Shown one piece after another: positions 61,590 through 64,000 of a stretch of 64,000 nt of DNA (position 1 is the stretch's first letter; each line of letters starts with the position of its first letter). The notes under the pieces were generated by a model. That model made no database searches and was not told the DNA's origin. It was given only the letters and a program-made list of their open reading frames with translations. A program made the position numbers and the translations under genes. Source of the stretch: Albugo candida (Eukaryota). The stretch lies in NCBI GenBank assembly GCA_040437565.1, contig JBDOQK010000003.1, forward strand, positions 496,001 to 560,000, read 5' to 3'.

Positions 61590-62436
61590 TTACTCTGTAC
61601 CAGCACCATAACGCCAAGTGTGTATCTTGTTGGATGGAATAAGGCGATGGACGACTGGTGTGAGCACTACATACAAGATGAGGGGGATCACGGGCGCACG
61701 CCACAATTAAATCGCAGTCAGAAGCGTAAAGCGAAATTGTAGAAGGGTCGATAACGATTCAGCTTGCAAACCCTTGTACACATAAAGTCCATTGGATCTC
61801 GTCAGCCGAGTCACTCTTTCGTTGCGAATGAAAAGTACTTACACGTTTCCGAAATTGGGAGGCGGATTTGCATGAAACTTGGCAGAGCGAGAAAATCGAT
61901 TTATTGGGAAGCACTGCACTCGTATGCCAAATGACATCCGAAAGATAAATTCTTCCAGTTGGCTTCATGAACATCTGCTGACTCATCGCTGCAAAGTACA
62001 TTTCTTCCCATATTATCTACGAGACCAGAGAGGACTCAAAAGCGTCACAGCAGATATCTAAAAGCTAGAAAAGTTACATGAAGAGCGGAAACGACGCGAT
62101 GTTGATTGGAGTCGCTAAATAGTTGGTCAGCAATGCGGCGACTGAGTTGAGGCGAAATATGAATGTAGCAATCATCGTAGGGACGGATGTGATTCCGGGA
62201 AGTGGAAACACTCCTACGAATAATACAACGAACGCTATCCGCCATATTAAAGCGTGCTTCATTTTAATACTGACCGCCGAATGCGCCAAATGCCAGAGGT
62301 AAAGCAATGCTTAGAGGCGAAGCTGAGAGCGCTGGAACCCAGCCTCAAGTCAATTGCAGACCAAGCGTGCAGTTCCTCCAGATTTGAGAACTTTTATAAG
62401 GGGTTTCGTCACACTCTCCTGCAAAAATGAGCGCAT
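61590..62436 (-). CDS. DUF2062-like membrane protein (multi-exon)
   Basis: MRSFLQESVTKPLIKVLKSG, GVFPLPGITSVPTMIATFIFRLNSVAALLTNYLATPINIA, C-terminal ILYVVLTPVVHRL. Confidence 0.6.
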
Positions 62437-62527
62437 ACGTTCAAATAATTAGCAATGAAACTTTAATTGAAAACACCGCTATATATCGATGTTGGGAACT
62501 CAGCTACTGGTAATAACAAAATTAAGT

Positions 62528-62968
62528 TTACATCTGGAGAAGTCGTTTCTCCTCCTCTTCGTGACGCAAGGCTTCTTCTTCCAGTGTTTCTCCAGCCAAC
62601 TGATATCGTTTATCTATTTTGTCATTTGGTTGCGATTGGGCATACGCAACTCCTAAAAATTGCGGATCATCTTTTGCTTTCTTGGCGTATTTCAAAATCG
62701 CTTCGCGTGGATCCTCTTCTCGGAAGGAGCGTTTGATGTGACTTTGCATGAAGTATTGCGTGAATGTAGTTGACCCACTTATTTTACCTCCCACACCTGG
62801 ACCAGTGATTGGCTTCTCTGGCGCTTTCGACTTGACCGGATCCTTTCGTGTGCGATGAAGTTGACGGCTCACTGAAATCTCATCGCGATACATTGGCAAT
62901 GCATGAGGATTGTGAATTTTCCCGACACCATCGATGCGAGCCCCAAATTCTGCAGATTTGGTTTTCAA
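62528..62968 (-). CDS. WDR70: WD repeat protein 70, C-terminal fragment (truncated by the gap)
   Basis: IHNPHALPMYRD, RKDPVKSKAPEKP, GPGVGG, TFTQY, EDPREAILKY, DPQFLGVAYAQSQP. Confidence 0.85.
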   Translation of the reverse strand: MKTKSAEFGARIDGVGKIHNPHALPMYRDEISVSRQLHRTRKDPVKSKAPEKPITGPGVGGKISGSTTFTQYFMQSHIKRSFREEDPREAILKYAKKAKDDPQFLGVAYAQSQPNDKIDKRYQLAGETLEEEALRHEEEEKRLLQM

Positions 62969-63068
62969 NNNNNNNNNNNNNNNNNNNNNNNNNNNNNNNN
63001 NNNNNNNNNNNNNNNNNNNNNNNNNNNNNNNNNNNNNNNNNNNNNNNNNNNNNNNNNNNNNNNNNNNN

Positions 63069-64000
63069 GCGTCTCTGAATGCCTTTTTATATCACCATTT
63101 GGAAACGAGTCAATAGCGCTAACACCCCACGGAGAGAACGTGTAAGGCTGATGGGCGAATTCCCAGGAAAGCCAGAATCCTTCTTTATCGCCCCACGAAA
63201 ACTTGTATAAAAATCGCTTTTCAGTCATCATGTACCACAAAACATCTAAGGCTTTTCCCACTCGACTTTTATCGACAGCAACAATGGATGAATCTTGCTC
63301 GTGACAACTACTCTCATTAAATGAGAGGGATTGCTTCAGGTGGGCAGAAGGATTGGGGCCGGACAAATTGAATCGCGCGTATGGAAACTTCTGCACCCAC
63401 GCTTTGAGATATTGAATTGGTGGCTCTTTCGAGGTGCGCGATAGCTTTACCTTACGATTGAAGTTGACTCGCTTCCTTACGACCCGGTCATAGAAAAACA
63501 TGGTGCCAGTCCTATTATACCCTGGTGACGATCGAATGATGCTCGGATCGCGCATGGCCAGAACATCGGCGTCCAATAATAAAACTTCGGTGATGTTAGT
63601 GTGATACAAAGCCAAAGGCTTGATCCAGTAACTTCGGAATGTCTTGGCAAGTTTCTCCTCCATTTTTCCACTTCGAATCATTTCTGTGCACACATCAATG
63701 AGTTGTATTCGGTCATCGAGATGTCGAAACAAGTCACGAGTGTGATTAGATATCTCATCGGGAAAACAAAAAAATACTTGCACTAGTTCCATATTTCCAA
63801 GACATCGCAGCTCTCGAATCAACGATATCCCCATCGGTACTATTTCTTCATGCAAACAAAGGATGATGCCTCTTGCGTACGAAATCTCGGCCCCGGTGGT
63901 AGATTCTTCGGGAGTGGAAGCGAGAGACGGGGAGGTAAGAGAAGATGATGCTGAGATGTCAGTAGTCGATTTGTGATGCCCTATGGAATCAGCGTCCATA
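63069..64000 (-). CDS. Partial duplicate copy of the GT71 mannosyltransferase
   Basis: Translation identical to part of 59805-61385. Confidence 0.7.

Larger units (their letters stand above)
60191..64000. repeat. Duplication around N gap 62969-63068
   Basis: 63069-64000 repeats 60191-61122 (offset 2878) and continues beyond the window. Confidence 0.93.

Noticed and set aside
62965-63999. Apparent GT71-WDR70 fusion across the gap
   Set aside because: The adjacency is created by the N gap and the duplicated contig end.
1-64000. Many 60-170 aa ORFs overlapping long genes; alternative genetic code
   Set aside because: They are antisense or off-frame shadows. Genes end in ordinary TAA, TAG and TGA, so the single internal TAA does not indicate code reassignment.

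Overview
Eukaryotic, gene-dense DNA with short (about 50-80 nt) spliceosomal introns and very short intergenic spacers. The gene content, INR/FPR-type core promoters and flagellar genes point to an oomycete with a compact genome, most like Albugo (inference, no search run). About 30 protein-coding genes are supportable: ketohexokinase-like kinase, RING-H2 proteins, PI synthase, RasGAP, CFAP251/WDR66, ELP5, PGAM5-like phosphatase, Spt20-like, TRM112, NDUFAF1/CIA30, CDKC-like kinase, SAS6-like, HAUS6-like, a giant multidomain calpain, a Kelch-TM-RING protein, ATP10, glutamate decarboxylase, an EF-hand Na/Ca exchanger, mTERF, a GT71 mannosyltransferase, DUF2062-like, a WDR70 fragment and three orphan secreted proteins. 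There is also a degenerate TIR DNA transposon (52124-54347). Six 100-N gaps are present; five are flanked by duplicated sequence, so the apparent second copies of genes are most likely unmerged contig overlaps. Most notable: a receptor-like Kelch-ectodomain/RING E3 ligase, the calpain mega-protein, an in-frame TAA in the last helix of the exchanger, a microinversion-plus-frameshift distinguishing the two ATP10 copies, and a TE-adjacent PAN-like secreted protein. No CRISPR, rRNA or tRNA was recognised. All family calls come from motif recognition by eye, and I cannot confirm that anything here is undescribed.
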